DNA of 64,000 nt, taken from a virus. The stretch's first letter is position 1; every line of letters starts with the position of its first letter. The notes beneath the pieces were generated by a model that searched no databases, was not told where the DNA came from, and saw only the letters and a list, made by a program, of their open reading frames with translations. The DNA is taken from IMG/VR virus record IMGVR_UViG_3300035034_003774; one strand, written 5' to 3'. This document shows positions 36,690-45,775 of this stretch, one piece after another. The position numbers and the translations under genes are program-made.

Positions 36690-37243
36690 ATTCTTATGTC
36701 TTCATCTTCATCAATAGCATCAACTTCTCTTAAATGCTTATTTACTCTATCAACAGCAAGCATATGATGTCCAGCACCACCTCTAACTGATTCAAGCTGC
36801 CTATAAGCACTTGACGATACGTGAGCATATACTGGGTCACAAAACATGGTGATAATATTCATATTTGGAAACTGGTCCCACATATGACGAGTCTGGTTAT
36901 ACTCATAATCATAATCATGACCATTCCTCAAACCTCTTATCACAACTACCTCGTCGTAACCCTCCTCTTCCTTTTTTCTAACAAAATCTGTAAGAAAACC
37001 AATATATCCCTCCACTCTCTTAGATGGAAGTTGTTGTCTTAGAACAGATAGTTTCCCCTCTAAAATATCCTGCATCGCACTTTGGGCTGATTCAGAATTA
37101 CGAATATCAGATGGTACTTTCGATCTATTTACGCCAACAGCTACAATAACTTCATCAAACAACCTTTCAGTCTTCTCAAGAATATTTTGATGACCGACTG
37201 TGAATGGGTTAAAACTTCCAGGGTATATTGCTAATCTTTTCAT
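36686..37243 (-). CDS. H-x-G-H cytidylyltransferase-superfamily nucleotidyltransferase (phosphopantetheine adenylyltransferase CoaD-like or NadM-type NMN adenylyltransferase)
   Basis: LAIYPGSFNPFTVGHQNILEK..FDEVIVAVGVN and later VSSS.YR motif. Confidence 0.55.
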   Translation of the reverse strand: MKRLAIYPGSFNPFTVGHQNILEKTERLFDEVIVAVGVNRSKVPSDIRNSESAQSAMQDILEGKLSVLRQQLPSKRVEGYIGFLTDFVRKKEEEGYDEVVVIRGLRNGHDYDYEYNQTRHMWDQFPNMNIITMFCDPVYAHVSSSAYRQLESVRGGAGHHMLAVDRVNKHLREVDAIDEDEDIRI

Positions 37244-37830
37244 TTATATTCGCTTAAAACAACTATTGTTATCGAAAAAATATCTTTAAAGGACTCTGGG
37301 TTAATAAACTTCCCAGTCATTGGATGAACGCATTCATTTGATTCAAATAGGTCCTTAATTTCTTCATCCTCTAACATACATCCATGCATATCAAATTCAT
37401 CAATACCAAACTCTATTTTAACCTTTCCCTCCTTACTGAGCTTGTGGTTAAATATCTTTTTAGCCATTTCCATTTGATCTTCAAACGTACTAATATTAAA
37501 GAGCTTTCCATACCTTGATGCTGTCAAGTAGGTATTGTTTTTATTATGCTTATTGTCATCATAAATGTACTGAAGAGTGTGTTCAAAATCCATTTTAGAA
37601 ACCTCTTCTACACTTAGTTTTTTATTCCAAGAAAGCCAGTCTTTACCAAATTTGTTTTCCATGAATTTTCTTATCTCCTCCTGAGCTCCTCGCATCTTAA
37701 GGCACAGTTCTCTGAGTTCATCATCCTGTATGCCCTCCAATTCCATGTAATCCAAAACGGCATAGTCAGGACCCTCATTTCTCATGATGTTCCTGACCTG
37801 CTCGTTTGTATATGTAATATCTTTAGACAT
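37240..37830 (-). CDS. hypothetical protein
   Basis: 196-aa ORF. Confidence 0.3.
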   Translation of the reverse strand: MSKDITYTNEQVRNIMRNEGPDYAVLDYMELEGIQDDELRELCLKMRGAQEEIRKFMENKFGKDWLSWNKKLSVEEVSKMDFEHTLQYIYDDNKHNKNNTYLTASRYGKLFNISTFEDQMEMAKKIFNHKLSKEGKVKIEFGIDEFDMHGCMLEDEEIKDLFESNECVHPMTGKFINPESFKDIFSITIVVLSEYK

Positions 37831-38558
37831 TACCTTTTCTTAGCTCTGGTAAGTATTCTGTCAACACAACCATAGTCTTTCGCCTCTCTTGCGGTCATCC
37901 AATAGTCACGATCACAATCCTCCTCAATCTTATCATACTTTTGACCTGTGTGCTTAGCAATAAGCTCATATAACTCCTTCTTAAGTTTCATGATCTCACG
38001 AGCAGTAATCTCTATATCAGATGCCTGACCTTGAGCTCCACCAAGTGGTTGATGCTGCATAAACCTTGCATGAGGAAGAGAACATCTCTTACCATCAGTT
38101 CCAGCACAAGCAAGAACGTAAGCCATTGATGCTGCTATTCCTGTATTTACAGTTGCAATGTCAGAGCTAACATACTGCATTACATCATATATACCAAGAC
38201 CAGCGTATACACTACCTCCTGGTGAATTAATATAGAATGTGATGTCACTACTTGTGTCTATAGACTCAAGGTATAGCATCTGTGCATTTACAATGTTAGC
38301 CACCATATCATCAATCCCTGTACCAAGGAAGATGATTCTATCCATCATTAGCCTTGAGAAGACATCCATCGCTACGGCATGCATTTGTCTTTCTTCAATA
38401 ATATTTGGTGTCATAGCAAAAGGTGTTTGCGCTATTGATTGTGGCATAAACACATTGTTGTTTATGATTTTTGAATATCTATCAAGTGTTAAACTTGAGA
38501 TTCCTTTGTCTTTCGCAAATAGCTGAAAGTCTTTTGACATACTCTTAGTATCCTTCAT
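37830..38558 (-). CDS. clpP: ATP-dependent Clp protease proteolytic subunit
   Basis: FYINSPGGSVYAGLGIYDVM...GIAASMAYVLAC...FMQHQPLGG (Ser-His-Asp triad context); ~45-aa N-terminal extension. Confidence 0.85.
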   Translation of the reverse strand: MKDTKSMSKDFQLFAKDKGISSLTLDRYSKIINNNVFMPQSIAQTPFAMTPNIIEERQMHAVAMDVFSRLMMDRIIFLGTGIDDMVANIVNAQMLYLESIDTSSDITFYINSPGGSVYAGLGIYDVMQYVSSDIATVNTGIAASMAYVLACAGTDGKRCSLPHARFMQHQPLGGAQGQASDIEITAREIMKLKKELYELIAKHTGQKYDKIEEDCDRDYWMTAREAKDYGCVDRILTRAKKR

Positions 38559-38582
38559 TGTTGTCTCTTTTTTATTTGTTTA

Positions 38583-39017
38583 TTATTTCTGTCCAGTGGA
38601 ACCAAATCCGCCTTCCCCTCTTTCTGTTTCTTCAAGCTCTTCTGAAGCTTCAAACTCTGCTCTTTCATACTTAGCAAAAACTATTTGAGCAATTCTATCT
38701 CCTGGCTCCACCACAAATGGCTCGTTTCCATTATTAATTAAAATAACGCCAACATCACCCCTATAGTCTGCGTCAATAGTTCCTGGAGAATTGAGAACTG
38801 TTACACCCTTCTTGTATGCAAGTCCTGATCTTGGACGAACCTGACATTCATACCCTGAAGGTATCTCAAGCTTTAGGCCCGTCTTTATTAATTTTCTCTC
38901 CCCTGTAAGTATAGTAACATTCTCTTCAATATTAGCTCTTACATCCATCCCAGCAGAGTTCTCTGTCTCGTACTTTGGCAAGTCATTTTTTGACTCATTG
39001 ATTACTTTTACCTTCAT
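38583..39017 (-). CDS. dut: dUTP diphosphatase
   Basis: [41 protein letters not shown]-terminal GGFGSTG. Confidence 0.85.
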   Translation of the reverse strand: MKVKVINESKNDLPKYETENSAGMDVRANIEENVTILTGERKLIKTGLKLEIPSGYECQVRPRSGLAYKKGVTVLNSPGTIDADYRGDVGVILINNGNEPFVVEPGDRIAQIVFAKYERAEFEASEELEETERGEGGFGSTGQK

Positions 39018-39256
39018 CGTCTCTCTGTATTTAATTTATTGTGTTTTACATAAAATTTTGCAGCCTCAAACTTCTTTGATTCTAGCCAATCATCAAAAGA
39101 CATATTAAGTGTCTTTATTTTATTTTTGTCACTCTTATACTCCTCAAAGTATTTTTTTTGAGCTTCTCTGGTATCTATTAGAAACTCGATGTTGACAAAA
39201 CCAAAATCTTCGGATGCTTGTTCTGACTTTTGCATATACTTCTCCATATCACTCAT
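39014..39256 (-). CDS. hypothetical small protein
   Basis: 80-aa ORF. Confidence 0.3.
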   Translation of the reverse strand: MSDMEKYMQKSEQASEDFGFVNIEFLIDTREAQKKYFEEYKSDKNKIKTLNMSFDDWLESKKFEAAKFYVKHNKLNTERR

Positions 39257-39267
39257 AACAACTTACT

Positions 39268-40110
39268 TTATATCCCAAGGCCTTCTTCTATTACAAAACT
39301 TTTTTCTTGCAATATCATAGAAGTATATGCTATGTGAGGCATTTTGCTACTTATGTTAGAAATTTGGTTTTCGTTATGGTGATAAGTTAGCAGGTTTTTA
39401 AACTTTTGCTTAACTGGCTCCAGAAGCTCAAAATTACAATGAGGGTTCTGATCATGAACAAGATCAGTCATATCATGAAATATGAATACATTATCTGGCT
39501 TTTCATAAACAAATGAATAATCCTCTTCTGGCATAAGATCAGTTATAGGAACATTAATATCCCCACTATATATCACAACAGCATAGTCATCCTTAGTCTG
39601 AATATGAAATAACAACCCAGAATTAGGGAAATTATTAACTGGCCAATGGTGAGCTGATGTATCTATCTTTGTGATGCTTATGTTCTCATCTTCAAGAAAC
39701 ACATTCACTTCATTTATTACATACTGATCATGAGGGTGTCCGCAAATATCAAGATACTGCCTAACTCTATCAGACACATTCTTATGACACTCTATGACTG
39801 TTGTTTTATTATGAATAAAAAACCTGTCATATATCAAAGTGCTAAGTCCATTAATGTGATCTTCATGAGTATGAGTTATAAAAACCCTATCAATACTATC
39901 TAAGAGATTTGATTTTCTAAGTTTAGAATAAGCAGTATATCCACAATCAATTAAAAACCTCATTCCGCCATTTGTTGTAAAAAGAGCACTTGCTGTGCCT
40001 TCTTCTGTATCAAAAGCTCCTCCTATACCAAGAAATTCTACTTGTAAAATTTTGTTGCCACTTGGTTTTAAAGCTGCGTCAATACCTTTCCTAATACTAA
40101 TCTTAGACAT
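39268..40110 (-). CDS. metallo-beta-lactamase fold hydrolase (RNase Z / nuclease-like)
   Basis: FITHTHEDH (HxHxDH) zinc motif. Confidence 0.5.
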   Translation of the reverse strand: MSKISIRKGIDAALKPSGNKILQVEFLGIGGAFDTEEGTASALFTTNGGMRFLIDCGYTAYSKLRKSNLLDSIDRVFITHTHEDHINGLSTLIYDRFFIHNKTTVIECHKNVSDRVRQYLDICGHPHDQYVINEVNVFLEDENISITKIDTSAHHWPVNNFPNSGLLFHIQTKDDYAVVIYSGDINVPITDLMPEEDYSFVYEKPDNVFIFHDMTDLVHDQNPHCNFELLEPVKQKFKNLLTYHHNENQISNISSKMPHIAYTSMILQEKSFVIEEGLGI

Positions 40111-40167
40111 ATCTCTCTTTGTTTGTTAGTTCAAAATTACTTATAAAAAAACAACCGACCAAATGTT

Positions 40168-41376
40168 TTATACTTTATCTACAAGGAAAAGTCCAAGTGT
40201 TTTCATACCAAGTTCTAAATCCTCCTTCAATGTACTGAACATCACTTCATTTTCTGGATTTCCCTTGATCTGATGAGTTTCATAAAGCTTGTTAATCTTC
40301 TTGCAATAATCTATGAGCGCATTAAACAATATATTTGGCTGAAGGTTATATAAAGACTTCATATATGCATATTGAAGCTCTGTACTATTGAATTTATCAA
40401 CCTTCATTGCTCGAACTCCAGCGGAAGTTAATCGTGCAAGCGTGTAAGAAACATATAAGCCTGGAGAATTTTTGGCATTATCAATTAACTCTACATTAAC
40501 CTTCTTATCTTTAGATGGGTCCACCTTAAGTATAAAACCAGCTAGAACATTATAAGAAAGATCATAATCGTTATCAAACTTATCAAGACAATCCTTTAAT
40601 ATATCATCAAAATAAATAACATTTCCATCACGACTTGACATTTTAAGCTCTTTAACTTCTCCGTCTTCTGGGTCTTTCTTCATCACCTTAACAAGACCAA
40701 GCCCAATGTGGTTTGTCAATGGACAAATCTTTTTAAGCATATTAAAATGACCATTCTGTTCGTTTCCAGTTAAATATAATGTTGGAGCATTTAGCTTGTC
40801 TGCAAGTGCTACATCTTGATACAAATAACTACTTGAGCCATCACTCTTAACTCCAACTACTTTCTCATCCCCTATGTGAAACACTTGAGTGCCTTCATAG
40901 CTACCTTCTCCTGGCTTTAACAAACTTCCTTTGTACTCCATAGAAGAAGCATAATAAACATCACTTACATGCAGATCGAATGTATCACAATAAGTTCTAT
41001 ACATATGATATGCTTCATGCTTTTCTACATCTCCTTCTAAAGTATCTCCAAGAATGGATATAAACTTATCAGCAACTCCCATTGACTGAAGTGTCTTGGC
41101 TATAATGAAATTGGACATATGCCCAATGTGTAAGTGCTTATTAAGATTTGGGCTAAAACCATCACAATACTTATATTGAGAGAATTTCTCAAAACACTCA
41201 GAAATATCAAAGTTTTTTGGAACCAATATGTTTGTGTACGGAGAACTGTCTTCAAGACGAAAACCCCAGGACTCAGCCCAGTCTTTAATTTCACTGTTGG
41301 GCTTACCATATACGCAGAATCCGAATTCACCATCTCCAGGTATAACTCGAATGTTATTTATGTTTATTTTCTTCAT
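40168..41376 (-). CDS. class I aminoacyl-tRNA synthetase, arginyl-tRNA synthetase-like (truncated N-terminus)
   Basis: HIGH motif (LHIGHMSNF), KMSSRDG (KMSKS-like), C-terminal NSPGLYVSYTLARL resembling the ArgRS DALR anticodon-binding domain. Confidence 0.5.
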   Translation of the reverse strand: MKKININNIRVIPGDGEFGFCVYGKPNSEIKDWAESWGFRLEDSSPYTNILVPKNFDISECFEKFSQYKYCDGFSPNLNKHLHIGHMSNFIIAKTLQSMGVADKFISILGDTLEGDVEKHEAYHMYRTYCDTFDLHVSDVYYASSMEYKGSLLKPGEGSYEGTQVFHIGDEKVVGVKSDGSSSYLYQDVALADKLNAPTLYLTGNEQNGHFNMLKKICPLTNHIGLGLVKVMKKDPEDGEVKELKMSSRDGNVIYFDDILKDCLDKFDNDYDLSYNVLAGFILKVDPSKDKKVNVELIDNAKNSPGLYVSYTLARLTSAGVRAMKVDKFNSTELQYAYMKSLYNLQPNILFNALIDYCKKINKLYETHQIKGNPENEVMFSTLKEDLELGMKTLGLFLVDKV

Positions 41377-41959
41377 CTATTATTTTTTTTATAGCTTTTT
41401 TCTTATTCATTTTTAGTACGTACTCTGAATGCTCTTCAAACATACCTTTTGCCTTAGCTGCATTAACTCCCTTTTCAAGTCTTGGATAAAAGTTAACAGC
41501 AGTTCCAATAGTCATGTGAAAACCAAAATAAGGCTTCTTGCTCAACCCCAACTCTTGCCTTATTGAATGGAGTTGGTCTCTAAATTGATATGGTACGGTT
41601 AACCACCAATCCTCGAAATTACCTTGCCTATTCTGAATCCCCAAGAAAGGGTCAACATGCACAGTTACCTCGATCTCTTTACCATTCCATTTTTTCTTAA
41701 CCTCTTCCCACTTTCCATTTGTTTCTGAAGCTCTATCATTTACAAGAGTAACGTGAGCTCCCCTAATTGGTTTTTGCAAAATTAGATTATACCTCTTCTT
41801 TATGAACCAAGCATAATAATCTGTAATACCCTTGTGATGATTATCTGACTCAAATAATATCAAAGCAGATTTCTTCCACTCAGAGTGACGCTCCTGCTTT
41901 GAGGTTATTACTTCTGGGTCAAAAACTATCTTTCCCTTAAATTTTACGCAATTATCCAT
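41354..41959 (-). CDS. 2H phosphoesterase (LigT / 2'-5' RNA ligase-like)
   Basis: two H-x-T-x motifs (AHVTLV and FHMTIG). Confidence 0.5.
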   Translation of the reverse strand: MDNCVKFKGKIVFDPEVITSKQERHSEWKKSALILFESDNHHKGITDYYAWFIKKRYNLILQKPIRGAHVTLVNDRASETNGKWEEVKKKWNGKEIEVTVHVDPFLGIQNRQGNFEDWWLTVPYQFRDQLHSIRQELGLSKKPYFGFHMTIGTAVNFYPRLEKGVNAAKAKGMFEEHSEYVLKMNKKKAIKKIIDEENKHK

Positions 41960-42015
41960 TTTTACTCAAAAAAAAAGACCCACTTAAAGTGAGCCTTATA
42001 TAAATTTTAATTGGC

Positions 42016-42483
42016 TTACTTCTTCTCTATTTTCCAAACACCCAGCCCCTTTGTATTAAATACAGAGTACCTATCTTCATAAGCGAGTATAGCTCCGTTA
42101 CTAAGTGTAAATCCTACACTAAAATCTTCACCCTCCACACTGAACTTTGCACCATCATTACCAATTGGTTCTACAGACATTCCCACTATAGTTGTGGTAT
42201 CTTGGTTAAATGTCAACAGACCACCTTTATAAAATTCAGCCTCACTAATTATGCAATTAAGACCAGCTATCTTCCTTCCATTTGGTAGGTTGACGCTATC
42301 ATCTAATTGACAACTCCTGATTTCAAGACCATATCCAGGAATTTCCTTAGAACCCACAAGATATGGAATATTGTCACCTATGGCCTGATCTGTCTCTGGC
42401 TTATAAAAAGCGACATAAGTACTATCTTGCGAAAAACTGCAAAAAGATGTAAGTGTAATCAAAAGTAGTAGTAAAGTTTTCAT
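42016..42483 (-). CDS. secreted hypothetical protein
   Basis: signal peptide MKTLLLLLITLTSFCSFSQ. Confidence 0.3.
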   Translation of the reverse strand: MKTLLLLLITLTSFCSFSQDSTYVAFYKPETDQAIGDNIPYLVGSKEIPGYGLEIRSCQLDDSVNLPNGRKIAGLNCIISEAEFYKGGLLTFNQDTTTIVGMSVEPIGNDGAKFSVEGEDFSVGFTLSNGAILAYEDRYSVFNTKGLGVWKIEKK

Positions 42484-42486
42484 GTT

Positions 42487-43056
42487 TTATTTTTTTAATA
42501 GTTCATCAGCCTTTTCTTTAACGACTTTCATATCAACTTCAAGACCCTTAAATCCTCCCATGATCTTACCAATGTGGTTCGCACCCCCATCAACTAACTC
42601 CTGTAACTTAGCATCAATTTCCTGCTCAGTCATTTGCTTTGGAAGATAAGATTGAACCACTTCAAGCTCCATTTCTTCATTCCAGTCTTGTGGTGGAAAA
42701 TCCTTTGAAGCATTTGCATCAATAACACTCATAAGAGATTTCTCAAACTTCTTTAAAACTTTAATAACCTCTTCATCAGAAGGTTCTTTAGAATCTTTTG
42801 TAGCATCCCCCTTAACAAGTCCAAGGAAGTTCTTCTTTTCCATTTTCTTCGCTTTGAAAGCGTCGATGAAATCTTTGTTTATTTTTTCAATTAAAGTTGA
42901 CATATGTTTTTTATTTAAAGCGAATTTAATACAAAATTTGGTATCTGCAAAATTATTTATTTGAAATGTTTTTGCCATCAATACGTCTTTGAATGGTGAA
43001 CTCTCTCTTTCCACCGCAGAACTTACTCCACTGCTTACTTCCAATAAGTTCTTCAA
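42487..43056 (-). CDS. GatB/YqeY-domain protein
   Basis: C-terminal ...VQSYLPKQMTEQEIDAKLQELVDGGANHIGKIMGGFKG resembles the YqeY/GatB C-terminal domain. Confidence 0.45.
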   Translation of the reverse strand: MKNLLEVSSGVSSAVERESSPFKDVLMAKTFQINNFADTKFCIKFALNKKHMSTLIEKINKDFIDAFKAKKMEKKNFLGLVKGDATKDSKEPSDEEVIKVLKKFEKSLMSVIDANASKDFPPQDWNEEMELEVVQSYLPKQMTEQEIDAKLQELVDGGANHIGKIMGGFKGLEVDMKVVKEKADELLKK

Positions 43057-43288
43057 GGAAATCTGGAGTTATAAATCCATGCCAAAAAAAAGAATCTCCT
43101 TTATTTATGTTCTTCTCATAACCCCAACTAAGGACAAGGTATCCTTCATCTTTGAATCTGTACTTATCCATTTTCTCTAGGTTGTCTTCACTCTTATTTT
43201 TAAGTTGAGACACATCTACCTTATAGATAATATTTTGAAGAGGCTTTTTATTACGCTCTACACCTTTATTTGCATGTTCTTTTCCCAT
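42953..43288 (-). CDS. hypothetical protein (overlaps upstream gene 3' end)
   Basis: 111-aa ORF. Confidence 0.25.
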   Translation of the reverse strand: MGKEHANKGVERNKKPLQNIIYKVDVSQLKNKSEDNLEKMDKYRFKDEGYLVLSWGYEKNINKGDSFFWHGFITPDFLEELIGSKQWSKFCGGKREFTIQRRIDGKNISNK

Positions 43289-43322
43289 AGTAAGTTTTAC
43301 GCAAAAAAATAATTATGTTACA

Positions 43323-44456
43323 TTATTCATCATTCCAGCAATGACATCCATGATCTGCGTTATGACATGAACTACACACTCCAATAGATACGTTAATTAT
43401 TTTCCTTCTTTGAGAATCGTTAAGTCCTGGTACGTTTTCTTTTAATTGATCATAGAAGTATCTATAATCAGAAAACATTTCATCCATTGTTATTTCTCCC
43501 TCTGGGATGTATTGCTCAGCAATAGAATCATCTTCTTCTGCCCATACAGCAACTTCCCCATCATTCATAAACATAAGGTCCCTTCGATCAATAGGTTCTT
43601 TTAAAACAAGTTTTTTAAAGTACTTAAAGAACTTACTTCCTGGAACCTTAAATAGAGTGTCATGCTTTTCAGATAATCCACCCATTTTAGTCTGGTAGAT
43701 AGTCTGTACGCACATACCCCTTCCAAAGCCTTCATTCTTAAATACTTTGTAATGAGTAGGCATACCTATCATTTCATTTTTAATAATGTTTCCAATGGCG
43801 CTATTAATTATTTGAATTCTATTTACAGCAATCTTATGATCTGGTCTTAGCTTCAAAATTAATTCATCATGAGAAATAAAAACAAAATCATCCTCCTCAA
43901 AATCATAATCATCAATAAGAGCGTTAACAATTTTGATAATATTGCTATGCTGCCTTCTCTGGAGTCTCTTTGGATTTGTATTACCAAATACATACTGCCT
44001 AAATGACTTAGACTTAGAGAGAGTGTGATGAATATCAAGGTCCCTACACAGTCCCTCCCAAGAATCTCCAAGAGCATCAGAAGAATCAAATGTCTTTAAT
44101 GCATTATAATTAGCAGACTTAAAGTCAATAGAAATAAGATAGGTATTATCGTTATTTCTAAGATCATCCTTAGTCCTAAGTTTATCTGGCAAACTCCAGT
44201 CCATAAGATTCTTATATGCTTCAGAATTTACAAGGTAATCCTTCATTCTTGGAAGTGCATACTCAAGCTTGTATGACTTAGCGCTCTTATAGCCAAGTTC
44301 TTCACAATCCCTCTCGTATTGCTCATATTCTTTTACGAGATTTGGAAGGCCTGCATAAAAAGAGTCTCTAGCCAAGGTATCAATATAATACTGGGCATGC
44401 TCCTTTACAGGTATGTTTACCTTAAATAATTTTTGAAATTCTGTTAAATCTTTCAT
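43323..44456 (-). CDS. hypothetical protein with C-terminal Cys/His cluster
   Basis: CSSCHNADHGCHCWNDE tail. Confidence 0.3.
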   Translation of the reverse strand: MKDLTEFQKLFKVNIPVKEHAQYYIDTLARDSFYAGLPNLVKEYEQYERDCEELGYKSAKSYKLEYALPRMKDYLVNSEAYKNLMDWSLPDKLRTKDDLRNNDNTYLISIDFKSANYNALKTFDSSDALGDSWEGLCRDLDIHHTLSKSKSFRQYVFGNTNPKRLQRRQHSNIIKIVNALIDDYDFEEDDFVFISHDELILKLRPDHKIAVNRIQIINSAIGNIIKNEMIGMPTHYKVFKNEGFGRGMCVQTIYQTKMGGLSEKHDTLFKVPGSKFFKYFKKLVLKEPIDRRDLMFMNDGEVAVWAEEDDSIAEQYIPEGEITMDEMFSDYRYFYDQLKENVPGLNDSQRRKIINVSIGVCSSCHNADHGCHCWNDE

Positions 44457-45724
44457 TTATATTTTTTTCTAATGCTTTGATCTAAATAAAAATCTTTCCT
44501 AATCTTAACAAGAGTGTCATTGATGAGTTCTCTTGGAACTTGGTCTGGTAAATCTGAATTATCAAACAAAGTGTCAAGTTCGTTCATTTCTTTTTCAGCC
44601 CAATCAAGTAATTCCTCAAGATCAACCTTACCCTTCCTTACATCAAGAAGCTCCTCACGATTAGGCCTACGAATGGTCATCGTTCCAGTCTCAGCAATTT
44701 CTCTCGCAATCTGTAGCAACCTCTTACAATGCATAAGGTTTTTTCCATCATAACTTTGTCCATGCTCCTTATTATCAACATAGCGCTGCTCATTACGATT
44801 TTCCAACCACGTTTGATAGTTGGAGTAATCCTTACAAGACTTTGTATAAGAATCCTTGTTGTAAATAAGTTGAGTCACTGGCTGCTGACCCTTGGGTATA
44901 GAACTAAGTCTAAGTTGATTTGACTCGGAAGTGCTTTTTCCAACCCCAGTCTTAGAAACTCCTTTATAACCAAGACCCATTGACTTTTTAGCTTCTTTAA
45001 ATATTTTCTTGTTATGCTCTCTATTCTCTTCCGTCTCAAGTTCAGAAAAGCATATATGAGCATCCCAATCATAAAATAAAGCATAAACATCCCTTGCATT
45101 TGGTATTTTTGTGACTCCACAAAACTTCTGCTCCATCCCACAATTGTCAAGATACTTTTTAAGAGACTGTGTGCCGTAACCAGTTTCATCAATTACATAA
45201 CAAAAATCAATCGGCTCCTTTCGGGTAACACGATCACGTTCCCAATTCTGCATCTTATCAAGACCCTTAGCCTTCTGAATTTGCTTTTTAGCATATCCAG
45301 CAAAACTATATCTACATATCTTTGTTAAAAGCTGATCTCTTATATCAACAGCATGCTGATAAGCTTTGTGCTGTGTTATAATACAATCTTCTGGACTATA
45401 AAAAAGCTCAAGAACTGTTGGATTATTGCTATGAGCTAGTTCAAGAAATCTCTTGATTTCAAAACCAGTATAATCAGCATGAACCCTCACTTGATCAGAG
45501 TACTCAAAATCAAGACCATAAATTTTATCTTGCGGAAGGATATAAATAAAGGCTTTATCTACATCTGACTCTGGAGTCGATGTTCCATGAGCCTGAGAGC
45601 CTGTAATGGCTTCAAATAAAATGCAGTCATTATCTTTTAATAAATTATAAAACTCAAGGGCTTTACGCTCCTTGAGTTTCATTTTTTTATTATTATCCTC
45701 CAAATCTTTATTAATTCCTGTCAT
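44453..45724 (-). CDS. Pol-beta superfamily nucleotidyltransferase
   Basis: GSQAHGTSTPESDVDKAFIY = GS-x9-12-DxD NTase signature. Confidence 0.45.
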   Translation of the reverse strand: MTGINKDLEDNNKKMKLKERKALEFYNLLKDNDCILFEAITGSQAHGTSTPESDVDKAFIYILPQDKIYGLDFEYSDQVRVHADYTGFEIKRFLELAHSNNPTVLELFYSPEDCIITQHKAYQHAVDIRDQLLTKICRYSFAGYAKKQIQKAKGLDKMQNWERDRVTRKEPIDFCYVIDETGYGTQSLKKYLDNCGMEQKFCGVTKIPNARDVYALFYDWDAHICFSELETEENREHNKKIFKEAKKSMGLGYKGVSKTGVGKSTSESNQLRLSSIPKGQQPVTQLIYNKDSYTKSCKDYSNYQTWLENRNEQRYVDNKEHGQSYDGKNLMHCKRLLQIAREIAETGTMTIRRPNREELLDVRKGKVDLEELLDWAEKEMNELDTLFDNSDLPDQVPRELINDTLVKIRKDFYLDQSIRKKYK

Positions 45725-45732
45725 AATATTTT

Positions 45733-45761
45733 TTTATACGAAATAATTATTTGGATGTTTC
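45733..45761 (-). promoter_or_regulatory. sigma70-like promoter GAAACA-N17-TATAAA
   Basis: minus strand TGAAACATCCAAATAATTATTTCGTATAAA; -10 lies only 8 nt from the annotated ATG 45724. Confidence 0.45.
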
Positions 45762-45775
45762 AATATATCGAAGAT

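Noticed and set aside
41960-42000. Possible terminator hairpin downstream of the LigT-like gene start region
   Set aside because: The only pairing found (CACTT/AAGTG) would leave a 1-nt loop. It is not a credible stem-loop.
44453-45724. CBASS-type cGAS/DncV-like cyclase interpretation of the Pol-beta NTase
   Set aside because: Only the generic GS...DxD signature is visible. There is no adjacent effector (phospholipase, TM or HNH) and no E1/E2/JAB genes. The RNA-repair context makes a tRNA-end nucleotidyltransferase at least as likely.
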